Positions 18,271-27,457 of a DNA stretch of 64,000 nucleotides are shown here, in pieces. Location: the NCBI GenBank assembly GCA_023259115.1, contig JAHFQW010000003.1, positions 46,346 through 110,345 of the forward strand, written 5' to 3'. The stretch comes from an archaeon. GTDB taxonomy: Archaea > Nanobdellota > Nanobdellia > Woesearchaeales > GW2011-AR9. Below the pieces are notes generated by a model. The model had not been told where the DNA came from and ran no database searches. It saw only the letters and a list, made by a program, of their open reading frames with translations. Both the position numbers and the translations under genes were made by a program. Each line of letters begins with the position of its first letter. Position 1 is the stretch's first letter.

Positions 18271-19038
18271 TTGTGCGAATGAGTGGTTACGTTTTTTGAG
18301 TTCTTCTACTGCGGGTAGAACGTGTGTGCTGCCTTTGGGAAGTGTAAATCCGGCTAATGAACTGAGGTAGTTGAGTTGATGGAGTGCGGCGGCTCTGGCG
18401 AGGATGGATGCGGCGGCGACTTCGACATATTTGGATTCGGCTTTTTCTTCACAGTTGTTTCCTGCTTGGCAGCCGGGGTATTTATCTACAATGTGTTTCC
18501 CGGGTTTGAGATATCTGGCGCAGTCATCATGGAGTTTATTTAGGAGATGGGTGATGTTGTGATGTATTAGGTAGTTGTTATATTCTTCGGGGAGAAGGCT
18601 GATAATTTCACAGGGGACGAGGTGTTTAATTTTTTCGGCGAGAGGGAGAATTTCGGTATCGCTGAGCGTTTTGCTATCGGCAACGCCGAGTTCTTTGAGT
18701 TTTTTTCTGGTGTCATTATCGGCTTTTACCGCAGCTACAACGATGCCACCAAACGTGTCACCTTTCAATGATTCATCACTGCCAATGATGATGCCGGTTT
18801 CTTGGGTGAAGTGTTGGGAAGATTGTTTTTGACCAATATGATGTTTTTCTAGTTCGGGAAGAAGGGATTTGATATGTTGAGGAGAGCCTTGGAGGAGAAG
18901 TTTTCCGGAGGTGTAGAGAATTAATGTGACACCTAATTTTGTTAAACGCAGTTGTTCGTATAAAGAGGTGGGTTCTTGTTGGATGCAGCCTTTGAGTTTT
19001 TGCAAGTCCTCTTTTTGAACGTGATCGAAGACAGTCAT
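18223..19038 (-). CDS. rnhC: Ribonuclease HIII (bacterial type)
   Basis: N-terminal domain plus catalytic IIGSDESLKGDTFGGIVVAAV, LGVADSKTL, VAAASILARAAAL and GFTLPKG align closely with B. subtilis RNase HIII. Confidence 0.8.
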   Translation of the reverse strand: MTVFDHVQKEDLQKLKGCIQQEPTSLYEQLRLTKLGVTLILYTSGKLLLQGSPQHIKSLLPELEKHHIGQKQSSQHFTQETGIIIGSDESLKGDTFGGIVVAAVKADNDTRKKLKELGVADSKTLSDTEILPLAEKIKHLVPCEIISLLPEEYNNYLIHHNITHLLNKLHDDCARYLKPGKHIVDKYPGCQAGNNCEEKAESKYVEVAAASILARAAALHQLNYLSSLAGFTLPKGSTHVLPAVEELKKRNHSFAQFIKVDFKNVKEFLKK

Positions 19039-19168
19039 GGAGTCAGGGAAGATGCACGAGAATAAAAAGGTATGGGGAGATTACTGAGAAGGTTATGCTG
19101 ATGAGGTTAAGCTTATGATGATATGCTTATGAGGTTAAGCTGAAGAGGATGATGCTGATTACTTTAGT

Positions 19169-20236
19169 TCAATATTCGGTTAATTTCTTATTGGAATTAT
19201 AGGTAACAATTGTACTATTTCCTTCTTTGCCCGTGGTTTTTTCTGTGTTGATGAATTTGGCTTCGGTTAGTTTAAGAATACGGCGCTGGAAGCTTTTGTA
19301 ACTCAGAAGGTTGCCTTGTTCGAGGTAGTGGGTGTAGAGTTCGCCTATTTTTTGACCGCTTTTTTCACGAATGAGGTCAAGAATGTTTTTGAGATCGTCA
19401 TCAAGTGTTTCGGTGGGGTTGATATGAAATTCATCCACTTTTTTCATGGCGCCAGCAACGTGCTGCAGGGTGATTTTACGGGAGCTTTGGTCTTCCGCAA
19501 GAGAACCGGCTTCGCGCATGAGATACAAACCAATACGAACGTCTTTGAGTTCGGTGCAGCGCTCAACTATTTCTTTGAAGGCGTCATTGTCCCAGCAGTC
19601 TTGCACAAAGGCGTAGTCGCGGCGTTGTTTGAGAATGGAGGCGATTTCTGATTCGTTGTAGGGGCGAAAGATGAGAAATTCCGGAGAGAGACGGGAGCGG
19701 ATACGTTCATCTAATTCAGAATAACTATCGCGGTAGTTTGTGATTAGGAAGATAGATTTGCGATAGATGTCTTCTAAGAGGGCGTAGAGAAAATCGGTTT
19801 CTTCAAGTTTATCTACTTCGTCAAAGATGAAGACGACAGATGTTTTGTTGAGTTTGGTTTTAATTAGATCGAGAAGTTCGGTTGTGCGTTTGTTTTGCAG
19901 AAATTTGAAGCCAAGATCATCACATAATTTGGAGTAAATTTTGAAGGAGGTGTTTTCTTTCCAGCAGTTGATATAGAGAGGTGTGACATCTTGAGTGGTT
20001 TCTTCTAATTCTCGCAGAACGTGTTTACAAGCCGTGGTTTTACCAATACCAGGAGGGCCGGAAATGAAGAGATTTCTTCCGGGCAGACTTTGCAGAAGGG
20101 GTTTTATGGCAACGGCGAAGCGTTGTTGTTCGTTTTCTCGGGCGAATAAGATTTTTGGCTGGAAATCGTAGCTGAGAAAGAGGGTATCGCGAAAAAGAGA
20201 TTCACCAGATTTGAGCATATCTTTGAAGAGAGACAT
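19169..20236 (-). CDS. Orc1/Cdc6 replication initiator
   Basis: AAA+ Walker A ISGPPGIGKTTACKHVLREL; Walker B IFDEVD; C-terminal winged helix; N-terminal ...RENEQQRF typical of Cdc6. Confidence 0.85.
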   Translation of the reverse strand: MSLFKDMLKSGESLFRDTLFLSYDFQPKILFARENEQQRFAVAIKPLLQSLPGRNLFISGPPGIGKTTACKHVLRELEETTQDVTPLYINCWKENTSFKIYSKLCDDLGFKFLQNKRTTELLDLIKTKLNKTSVVFIFDEVDKLEETDFLYALLEDIYRKSIFLITNYRDSYSELDERIRSRLSPEFLIFRPYNESEIASILKQRRDYAFVQDCWDNDAFKEIVERCTELKDVRIGLYLMREAGSLAEDQSSRKITLQHVAGAMKKVDEFHINPTETLDDDLKNILDLIREKSGQKIGELYTHYLEQGNLLSYKSFQRRILKLTEAKFINTEKTTGKEGNSTIVTYNSNKKLTEY

Positions 20237-20304
20237 TTGGTTTTAGGTAGAGAGGGTGTTTATATTAATTGTGTGTGTGAAGACGTTCTTTAGAAGATAT
20301 CGGG

Positions 20305-20420
20305 TTCTTATAGATAATTCTGCTGATTAGATTATATTTGGCAGAATTATCTAATACACGAAAATAAACACCGATTTATTTTCGGTACAGAAATGTGATG
20401 GTTCTCACATTTCTTGTAAG
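20305..20420. repeat. Mosaic hairpin-repeat locus B, directly upstream of orc1/cdc6
   Basis: TAGATAATTCTGC / GCAGAATTATCTA 13-bp IR around an AT-rich 17-nt spacer (20311-20353); CGAAAATAAA / TTTATTTTCG hairpin (20359-20384); AGAAATGTGA / TCACATTTCT hairpin (20389-20414). Homologous to modules in locus A. Confidence 0.55.
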
Positions 20421-20488
20421 TAAATTCTGTTGATAATGATTATCATAGATAATACGAAAAATTAGCCTAATTAACAGAATGGACTATA

Positions 20489-21784
20489 TTATTTCTTTTG
20501 TTTGATTTCTTTGATGCCATTCATGTAGGGCCAGAGAGCTTTGGGGATCTTTACAGTGCCTTCTTTGGTTTGATAGTTTTCCAGAATGGCAACGATGGGT
20601 CTTGTATCGGTCATAGCAGTATTATTCAACATATGGATATATTCTTTCTTGCCCTCTTTTGTGAGGTATTTTGTGTTAAGGGTGACGGCTTGATAATTAG
20701 TGCAGTTACTGCAGGAGGTTACTTCACGGTAATTGCCTTTTTTATCATTCTGTCCAGGCATCCAGGCTTCAATGTCGTATTGGAGAGCTTGTTTATTACC
20801 TAAATCGCCGGTACAGATTTGCACCACTCGAAAGGGGATGCCTAATTCTTCAAACATGTCTTCGGAATTTTGCTGTAGTTCTTGGAAATAAGTATAGGAT
20901 TCGGTGGGTTTACAGTAGACTATCTGTTCTACTTTGTTGAATTGATGGACGCGAAAAATGCCTTTATCATCACGGCCATGGGCGCCGAGTTCTTTTCTGA
21001 AACAGGCACTAAGGCCACAGATTTTCAAAGGTAGTTCGTCTTGGGTGAGGACTTGGTCTTTTTTTAATGCGACAAGGGGATGTTCAGAGGTGCCAATGAG
21101 ATACAAGTCTTCATCTTCAATTTTGTAAATGGTATCTTTAAATTCGCTTAAATTAACACCGCCTTCTAATGCGGCTTTGTTTAACATGTAGGGCGTTTGG
21201 ATGAGAGTGTATTTTTTCTTAAGTAAACGGTCAATGGCGAAGCGCTGTAGTGCTTGACTGAGAAGAACGGCTTCATTTTTGAGATAGTAAAAACGAGCAC
21301 CGGAGTTCTGGGCGGCGGTGTCTAAATCGATTAGATCTAAATCGAGGCCGAGTTCGATATGGTCTTTGATGGGGAAATTAAATTTAGGGATAGTGCCTAC
21401 TTTTTTAATTTCTTTGTTTTGGGAATCATCTTTGCCATCAGGAACGGAGGCGTGAAGAATATTGCCGATTTGCTTGAGGAGGGTATTGCGTTCTTTGAGT
21501 GAGGAGTCTACTTTGTCTTGGGTTTCTTTAAGGGTGTTGATGACGTTGCGCATTTCTTGGATTTTTTCATCTGCGAGAGCATTTTTTTTGTCTTTTTTGG
21601 CTTTATTTATTTCTTCTGAAACGAGATTGCGCTGGCGGTTGAGTTCTTCGAGAGTTTTAAGGGATGTTTTCCAGTTGTCATCTAGTTTTAATACTTGGTC
21701 AACGATAGATATATCGTGGTGACGTCTCTGTTCGGATTGTTTTACTACATCGGGATGTTCACGCACAAAGTGGATGTCTAGCAT
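20489..21784 (-). CDS. serS: Seryl-tRNA synthetase
   Basis: N-terminal coiled-coil arm; class II core motifs (FRKELGAHGRDDKGIFRVHQF, GSGLAxxR-like tail); 431 aa. Confidence 0.9.
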   Translation of the reverse strand: MLDIHFVREHPDVVKQSEQRRHHDISIVDQVLKLDDNWKTSLKTLEELNRQRNLVSEEINKAKKDKKNALADEKIQEMRNVINTLKETQDKVDSSLKERNTLLKQIGNILHASVPDGKDDSQNKEIKKVGTIPKFNFPIKDHIELGLDLDLIDLDTAAQNSGARFYYLKNEAVLLSQALQRFAIDRLLKKKYTLIQTPYMLNKAALEGGVNLSEFKDTIYKIEDEDLYLIGTSEHPLVALKKDQVLTQDELPLKICGLSACFRKELGAHGRDDKGIFRVHQFNKVEQIVYCKPTESYTYFQELQQNSEDMFEELGIPFRVVQICTGDLGNKQALQYDIEAWMPGQNDKKGNYREVTSCSNCTNYQAVTLNTKYLTKEGKKEYIHMLNNTAMTDTRPIVAILENYQTKEGTVKIPKALWPYMNGIKEIKQKK

Positions 21785-21987
21785 GAATGAGGGGGAGAGG
21801 GGGATTTATATAAAGGTTACTTTCAGGTTTTTGTGAAAAAGAAGGGAACGGTGGAAGGTTGGGATATTTAAATGGGTGAGAGAGAGATGGTTGAGAAAGA
21901 CTTAAAGAGAGAGATGACCCAAAAGTATATAAAGCGAAAAATAATCCTACGAGCATATCAATTAGTTGGTTGTAAAAAGAGGGTACG

Positions 21988-23550
21988 ATGATTCATAAGA
22001 GGTATTTAGGGTTTTTAGTGTTGATGTTACTAGTTCTTGTGCCAGTTGTGATGGCGGATAGCCAAGTTAAAGGAGGGCCAGGAGCAAATAGCGGCGTTCC
22101 GTGTACTAAAGATGGTGATTGTGTGCAGACGTGTAGTACTCTTTCTATAGCAGGTACGTGTTATTGTGAACAGACTTCAAAAACTTGTTTTCTAAAAGAA
22201 GCACCAGCATCTTCACCTTCAATAAATACTTCAACATCATTAAATCAAACAGCGGTAAAGCTTGCAAGTGAGAAAGCCGAAAAAGCACTGCAACAGGCAC
22301 AGCAAAGTGCAGCAGCAATTGAAGAAGTGCAACAAGGTGTATCTACAGTGCAAGAAGGAGTTTCTGCATTAGAAACAAAATCACAGGATTTAGATACGAG
22401 AGTCAAGACGTTAGAGGATAGTTCTACAAATGTGCAACAACAAATTACACTGCTCAAAGCGAGTGTGGATTCGATGAGTGGTCAGCAGGCTCAGGTGCAA
22501 CAGGATGTTGCGGGTGTGAGTTCGAAGTTGTCAACGGGACTGGCGACGTTACAGAGTAGTGTGGATACAAAGACGAAAGAGTTGAATACGAAAATTAAGT
22601 CAGTGGATACAAAGTTAGAGGATGAGAAGAGTTCACGAGAAACGTTGAGTTATGTGTTCTTTATTTTACTGGCGCTCGCGGCAATTTTAGGTGTAGGATA
22701 TTATGTTACGCAGGTGAGAGGTGTTGGTAAATCGAAGAATGTGAGTATGGTTAATGATGAGATGGTGTCATATATTGGCAAACATATCAAAGAGGGAAAG
22801 AAGTATGTGAATATTAAAGATAATTTGTTGAAAGTGGGCTGGGCGGCGGAAGAGATTGAGGGTGCGTTTAAAGAGGCTCTGCGACAGAATTATCCGCAAG
22901 CACTCAAGGGAAATGGGGCAGGGGTTGGCAAAGAGAGTGCAACACAACAACGCAAAATGATGGGAATTATTGGAATGGTGTTGGTAGTTGTGGCGATTGG
23001 CGCGTTCTTTTTGATTAAAGGAAGTACGGGACATGCGATTTATATTCAATCTGAGGCGGAGTTACAAAAAGCGGTTAAAGATGGGTTAGATACGAATTTA
23101 GCAAAGAGCACACTTTATCTTTTAGTTGATTTTGCAAATATCTGTGTGCAGGTGGATGAGGGAAAGAATAGTGTGTCATACCAAGTGATTAAAACAAGTG
23201 CAGGACATATTACTTTAGATGCGCCACAACCGTGTGATTGGAGTGCAAAGTATGATTTTGCCGTGAAGTTTACGAGTCTTGAGGCGTATAGTTTATTGAT
23301 GGATAATGTGAATTGTGCATTGGCAACAAAAGTACATTTAGTGAAAGGAGTGTATGTGTTACCCTCAAAGTATGTATTGAGCGGATTCAAGCCAAATGAT
23401 ACAGAAAATTTAGGCAAATTCTGTCCAGTACTGGCAAGTTGTTTATCAAAAGATCAGTTTGCAAAGCTGGGTTTTACGTGTGAAGAAGTACCCGCACAAG
23501 ATTATAAAGTGGGTAAGGTGGAGAGTACGGCTGGGGAAGTTGCAAAATAA
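21988..23550 (+). CDS. Cys-rich, coiled-coil membrane / surface protein
   Basis: Signal peptide (LVLMLLVLVPVVMA); Cys-rich module; Q/S-rich coiled coil; two predicted TM helices (YVFFILLALAAILGVGYYV and IIGMVLVVVAIGAFFLI). Confidence 0.35.
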   Translation: MIHKRYLGFLVLMLLVLVPVVMADSQVKGGPGANSGVPCTKDGDCVQTCSTLSIAGTCYCEQTSKTCFLKEAPASSPSINTSTSLNQTAVKLASEKAEKALQQAQQSAAAIEEVQQGVSTVQEGVSALETKSQDLDTRVKTLEDSSTNVQQQITLLKASVDSMSGQQAQVQQDVAGVSSKLSTGLATLQSSVDTKTKELNTKIKSVDTKLEDEKSSRETLSYVFFILLALAAILGVGYYVTQVRGVGKSKNVSMVNDEMVSYIGKHIKEGKKYVNIKDNLLKVGWAAEEIEGAFKEALRQNYPQALKGNGAGVGKESATQQRKMMGIIGMVLVVVAIGAFFLIKGSTGHAIYIQSEAELQKAVKDGLDTNLAKSTLYLLVDFANICVQVDEGKNSVSYQVIKTSAGHITLDAPQPCDWSAKYDFAVKFTSLEAYSLLMDNVNCALATKVHLVKGVYVLPSKYVLSGFKPNDTENLGKFCPVLASCLSKDQFAKLGFTCEEVPAQDYKVGKVESTAGEVAK

Positions 23551-23725
23551 TTGTTATACGCAATTCAAAAAATACTTTTCTAACGGATAATAATGGAGAT
23601 AGGCTTTCAAAACATAGATAAATTTGATTTTTTCTTTTATTTTTAGAGGGGGATAAAATGTGTTTTCTTCATTTCATTCCAAAAACGTACTTATTTATAA
23701 ACTTTTAATTATTAAGGATTATATT

Positions 23726-24292
23726 ATGAGAAAACTAATCATGTGGAACGTAATCACTCTCGATGGATACTTCGAGGGTGAGAAAAATTGGGACTTGAGT
23801 TTTCATGAACTTGTCTGGGGCAAGGAGCTTGAGGAGTTAAGCCTCATCCAGTTAAAATCAGCCGACATGCTTGTGTTTGGTTCGACGACATACAAAGGCA
23901 TGGCAGATTATTGGTCAAAGGCAGAAGGGGCAGAAGGAGAAATCGCCAAATTCATGAATGGGATTCAAAAGGTCGTCTGTTCATCAACACTCAAAACTGC
24001 CGACTGGAACAACACATTAATTGTAAAAGATGCTGTGGCTGAAATTCCTAAATTGAAACAGCAAGGCAACGGAGATATGTTTGTGTTTGGCAGCGGTAAA
24101 CTCTCGAAGTCCTTGATGAAAGCAGAGCTGTTTGATGAATTTCGTTTATGTATTGCACCATTATTTTTGGGAAAGGGGAAACTGTTGTTCAATCAAGGTA
24201 TCCCCCATAAAAAACTTAAACTACTTGAAACACGTCCACTTGTTACGGGAGGTATCATCCTTCGGTATGCTCCAGATGGAAAAACTGAATGA
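23726..24292 (+). CDS. Dihydrofolate-reductase-like protein (RibD C-terminal domain family)
   Basis: MRKLIMWNVITLDGYF... start and LVFGSTTY / FVFGSGKL motifs typical of the RibD_C / YwjB family. Start trimmed to the M at 23726. Confidence 0.6.
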   Translation: MRKLIMWNVITLDGYFEGEKNWDLSFHELVWGKELEELSLIQLKSADMLVFGSTTYKGMADYWSKAEGAEGEIAKFMNGIQKVVCSSTLKTADWNNTLIVKDAVAEIPKLKQQGNGDMFVFGSGKLSKSLMKAELFDEFRLCIAPLFLGKGKLLFNQGIPHKKLKLLETRPLVTGGIILRYAPDGKTE

Positions 24293-24510
24293 TAATCTGA
24301 GTTGAAAGTTTTTTGAAAAATGAAATTCGCCCCTAACCTCTCTTTCATTTTTCAAATAGGAAAAAATCAAATTCATATTTTAGAGGAAAGCCGGTTCTAT
24401 GGGTGAGGACGAAAAATATTTTTTGAACTCACTCCGCTTCGCTCGTGCCGCGCTCTCCTCCTTTCAGTCGTCGGGGCGTATAATAGGAATTCCTTAAGAT
24501 AATAAATGTT

Positions 24511-24825
24511 TTAAGCCATTTCGGCTATGTATCGACGTAGGTCGAAGTCAAAGCGCGAAGCGAATTCTTTGGCGATATGAGGATTTTTTTCTTCGAGGTA
24601 GTGGTAGATGTCTTTACTAAAACAATGAGCGCAAATGGCCATTTGTTTGCGGCAGAAAATGCATTGGGTGTTGCCTGCGAGTTGGAAACCTTGAATCTGT
24701 CTTGCGAGATGGGGAGATTTTTCAGAGATACTGATACGCATACTCGCGGCTAAACATTCGGTACAGATGGGATTTGTTATTACCTCATCACATTCGATAC
24801 AGCAGTTAAATGATGCTTGTTCCAT
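24511..24825 (-). CDS. Cys-rich zinc-ribbon-like small protein
   Basis: Multiple CxxC pairs (CCIECDEV...CTEC, CIFCRK...CAHC). Confidence 0.35.
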   Translation of the reverse strand: MEQASFNCCIECDEVITNPICTECLAASMRISISEKSPHLARQIQGFQLAGNTQCIFCRKQMAICAHCFSKDIYHYLEEKNPHIAKEFASRFDFDLRRYIAEMA

Positions 24826-24931
24826 ATGTATTCACCCCCGTGTGCAAAAGATGAGATGGAAAAAGCGGGAGAAATATATATGCTTTGCCTATTTAGAATA
24901 TAGTGGGTATATACTTTTGAGGAATAGAAAG

Positions 24932-25492
24932 TTATGGTTTTAGTTTATGGTAGATCCATTTCAAAGTATCGTTTACTTCTTGGTCATTATCTAGTAAGAG
25001 ATATTCAACACCAGAGTTTAAAGCATTAGATTCCCATTGTTCTACATCGTGCAGTCGGTGTTCAATGGTTTCTGGGCTATCACCACGTCTTTGCATGCGC
25101 TCTTTGAGAATAGGTAGAGGGGGTGATTTAATGAAAAAATGTTGAACGATGTTTTTTCCAACGTATTCTACTAAAATAGGTACGACTTCGGGAACAAGAA
25201 TCATGATAGAATATTCTCCCACTGATGCGGCAGAGGCTTTATCAATTGATGCAAATGTTGTTCCATAGCAGTTTTGGGCATAGGTTGTTTTCCAAATAAA
25301 CTGGTGTTGATTATTCCTAAAGGCAAATTCTTCCAATGAAAGATATTGATATTCGCCCGCAAGATCAGAAGGACGCGGGGGACGAGTGGTGATGCTTGTT
25401 ATCAATGAGAAATGAGGGTTGTTAAGTAATTCTTTTGCAAGGGTACTTTTACCTGTCCCAGATGCGCCGGTAAAAGTTATGATTTTTGGCAT
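24932..25492 (-). CDS. gmk: Guanylate kinase (bacterial/eukaryotic type)
   Basis: P-loop FTGASGTGKST; signature ITSITTRPPRPSDLAGEYQYLSLEEF (cf. SVTTRSPREGEVNGVDYFF); lid region SPPLPILKERMQRRG. Confidence 0.75.
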   Translation of the reverse strand: MPKIITFTGASGTGKSTLAKELLNNPHFSLITSITTRPPRPSDLAGEYQYLSLEEFAFRNNQHQFIWKTTYAQNCYGTTFASIDKASAASVGEYSIMILVPEVVPILVEYVGKNIVQHFFIKSPPLPILKERMQRRGDSPETIEHRLHDVEQWESNALNSGVEYLLLDNDQEVNDTLKWIYHKLKP

Positions 25493-25592
25493 ATTGTCAG
25501 AAGTTGTTTGTTAATTTAAATGGTTTGTGGGTCTTGACCCATTCAGTTTAGAGTTATATATCTGAGGAATCCACTAAAGGTTGGCGAAATCT

Positions 25593-25602
25593 TTATAAAT
25601 AC
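25593..25602 (+). promoter_or_regulatory. TATA box (TTTATAAATA) upstream of rpl44e
   Basis: 22-31 nt upstream of the ATG at 25624. Confidence 0.4.
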
Positions 25603-25623
25603 ACTGCTTTCTCAAAAGATACC

Positions 25624-25932
25624 ATGAAAATTCCTAAGACAATGAAGAGATATTGTAAGTATTGTAAGAAGCATACGGAGCAAAAAGTTGCTCAAAATAA
25701 AAAGAAAGCAGCAAGTTCATTGAGTTATGGTTCAAAGATTCGCGCACGGTTACGAGGACGGGCACGAGGTGTGGGTAATTTAGGACGTTATTCAAAACCG
25801 GCGGTCACAAAGTTTAAACGAACGGGTGCGAAAAATACGAAAAAAACAGATTTACGTTATACTTGTTCAGTGTGTAAGAAGATGAGTAGTCAACCAGAAG
25901 GAATCCGTGCGAAGCGGGTGGAGTTTGTCTAA
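25624..25932 (+). CDS. rpl44e: Ribosomal protein L44e
   Basis: KIPKTMKRYCKYCKKHTEQK...CSVCKK zinc-ribbon L44e signature. Confidence 0.9.
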   Translation: MKIPKTMKRYCKYCKKHTEQKVAQNKKKAASSLSYGSKIRARLRGRARGVGNLGRYSKPAVTKFKRTGAKNTKKTDLRYTCSVCKKMSSQPEGIRAKRVEFV

Positions 25933-25933
25933 G

Positions 25934-26116
25934 ATGAAAGATAGAACGTTACGAAGCAAATTCATTAAAGTGCGCTGTTCTAAGTGTAAGAATGAGCAGA
26001 TTATTTTTGGTAATGCGAGTACGATTGTACCTTGTTTAGTGTGCAATAAAGAAGTGGCATATCCTACGGGTGGAAAGTCACGCATTTCGGCGCGCGTTCT
26101 TGAGATTTTGGAATAA
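25934..26116 (+). CDS. rps27e: Ribosomal protein S27e
   Basis: FIKVRCSKCKNEQIIFGNASTIVPCLVCNKEVAYPTGGKSRIS zinc-ribbon S27e. Start set to MKDRTL immediately after the L44e stop. Confidence 0.85.
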   Translation: MKDRTLRSKFIKVRCSKCKNEQIIFGNASTIVPCLVCNKEVAYPTGGKSRISARVLEILE

Positions 26117-26179
26117 TTTTTTTTAATTTAGGTTTATTTTAAGAAGAGGTAGTTACTATTTGGTTTTGAGGAGATTTTT

Positions 26180-26322
26180 AAATGAACGGGGCTAATATGA
26201 AACCCTCCCGCTCACTTGCTCCAATCAATGTACATTTGAATGGAGCACCGGGTGTTGTCTGACGAGACACCAGACTAGTTCGCTGGCCCTGTGGCGAGGG
26301 TTTCATATTAGCAAATGAACGG
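26180..26322. mobile_element. MITE-like insertion (family 1) between rps27e and the aIF2-alpha gene
   Basis: 17/18-bp terminal inverted repeats GCTAATATGAAACCCTC (26191-26207) / GAGGGTTTCATATTAGC (26296-26312). Perfect 10-bp direct repeat AAATGAACGG immediately outside both ends (26180-26189 and 26313-26322). Body is 122 bp, GC-richer and structured. Confidence 0.55.
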
Positions 26323-26359
26323 AAAACATTTATAAATGAACCATCGTACGAGAAGTAAT

Positions 26360-27139
26360 ATGCTCTATAAACGAAAAGGATTGCCGGAAGTGGATGAGAT
26401 TGTTCTTTGTAAAGTGAGCAAGATTTTTCCCAACGCGGTTTTTGTTGATTTGTTGGAATATGCGGATTCGGGAATTGTTCATATTTCAGAAGTAAGCCCG
26501 GGACGAATTAGAAATTTACGAGATTATGTTTCGGTGGATAGACAAATTGTATGTAAAGTGTTGCGTATTGATTATACAAATAGACATATTGATTTATCTT
26601 TACGAAGGGTTAATTCTACAGAGAGACAACAGAAGCTTGAGGATATTAAACAGGAGTTGAAAGCGGAGCTGCTAATCAAAAATATTGCAACCAAACTGCA
26701 TTTAGAGATGGAGAAGTTGTATGCGGAGGTTGCACCTAAAATTCTGAAAGAATATCAGTTTATGTACTTAGCGTTTAAAGAAGTGGTGAGTGGGGAGTTA
26801 AATTTAGAGAAGTTAGGAATTGAGAAGAAGGTGGCACAAGAGATATCTGATGCAGTGGTAGATAAGTTTAAGCCGAAAAAGATTATGATTAAGAGTTTAG
26901 TGACATTACAGACGTATGCAACGGATGGGGTTGAGAAGATTAAGAAAGTGCTTGCGGAAATTGAAAAAATTTCTCCCACGGTGCATTTATTATACTTAGG
27001 AGGGGGACGGTTTAAAGTGGATATTGAGGATATTGATTATAAACCAGCAGAGAAGAATTTAAAACGCATTCAAGAGATTCTAGACAAGTTTACGGATAAG
27101 TTATCAATAGCAACATTGGAGAGAGAAGGGACGGAATAG
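26360..27139 (+). CDS. Translation initiation factor 2 alpha subunit
   Basis: S1 domain (LPEVDEIVLCKV...GIVHISEV) followed by the aIF2-alpha core. Start trimmed to MLYKRKG, 24 nt after TTTATAAAT at 26328. Confidence 0.85.
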   Translation: MLYKRKGLPEVDEIVLCKVSKIFPNAVFVDLLEYADSGIVHISEVSPGRIRNLRDYVSVDRQIVCKVLRIDYTNRHIDLSLRRVNSTERQQKLEDIKQELKAELLIKNIATKLHLEMEKLYAEVAPKILKEYQFMYLAFKEVVSGELNLEKLGIEKKVAQEISDAVVDKFKPKKIMIKSLVTLQTYATDGVEKIKKVLAEIEKISPTVHLLYLGGGRFKVDIEDIDYKPAEKNLKRIQEILDKFTDKLSIATLEREGTE

Positions 27140-27146
27140 ATACAAT

Positions 27147-27326
27147 ATGGTTGAACATATTCTACGATGCGCAACGTGTGTTAAATATACGCTAGAAGAG
27201 GTATGTAGTAGTTGTGGAAGTAGGACTATGATTGTGAAGCCTGCTAAGTTTTCTTTAGATGATAAATATGCGACATATCGCAGAACAGTGAAGTTACCCG
27301 AGTGGCAAGCAAGAGGATGGTATTAG
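27147..27326 (+). CDS. nop10: H/ACA RNP protein Nop10 (59 aa; absent from the ORF track)
   Basis: Hand translation: MVEHILRCATCVKYTLEEVCSSCGSRTMIVKPAKFSLDDKYATYRRTVKLPEWQARGWY. CxxC...CxxC zinc ribbon plus the DDKY motif of Nop10, in the expected position after the aIF2-alpha gene. Confidence 0.75.
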   Translation: MVEHILRCATCVKYTLEEVCSSCGSRTMIVKPAKFSLDDKYATYRRTVKLPEWQARGWY

Positions 27327-27457
27327 GAATAGGAGATATTCTCTATTGAAAAGCGCTAAGCGGAGATGATGGATGGAGGGAGATAGTGTTATTAACTCTG
27401 TGTAATACGTACGTGAGATACGAAGCTTTTTAAAGTTGATTTTCTTCCTTATAGGGT

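Noticed and set aside
20237-20488. Calling the orc1-upstream region a definitive oriC
   Set aside because: The dyad repeat there belongs to a family with copies at two other unrelated loci in this window, and no canonical ORB consensus is visible. Kept as a hypothesis only.
26240-26290. Hammerhead-ribozyme-like CUGACGAG inside the family-1 MITE
   Set aside because: Only the CUGANGA box is present. No downstream GAAA, no helix II/III arrangement, no cleavage-site context.
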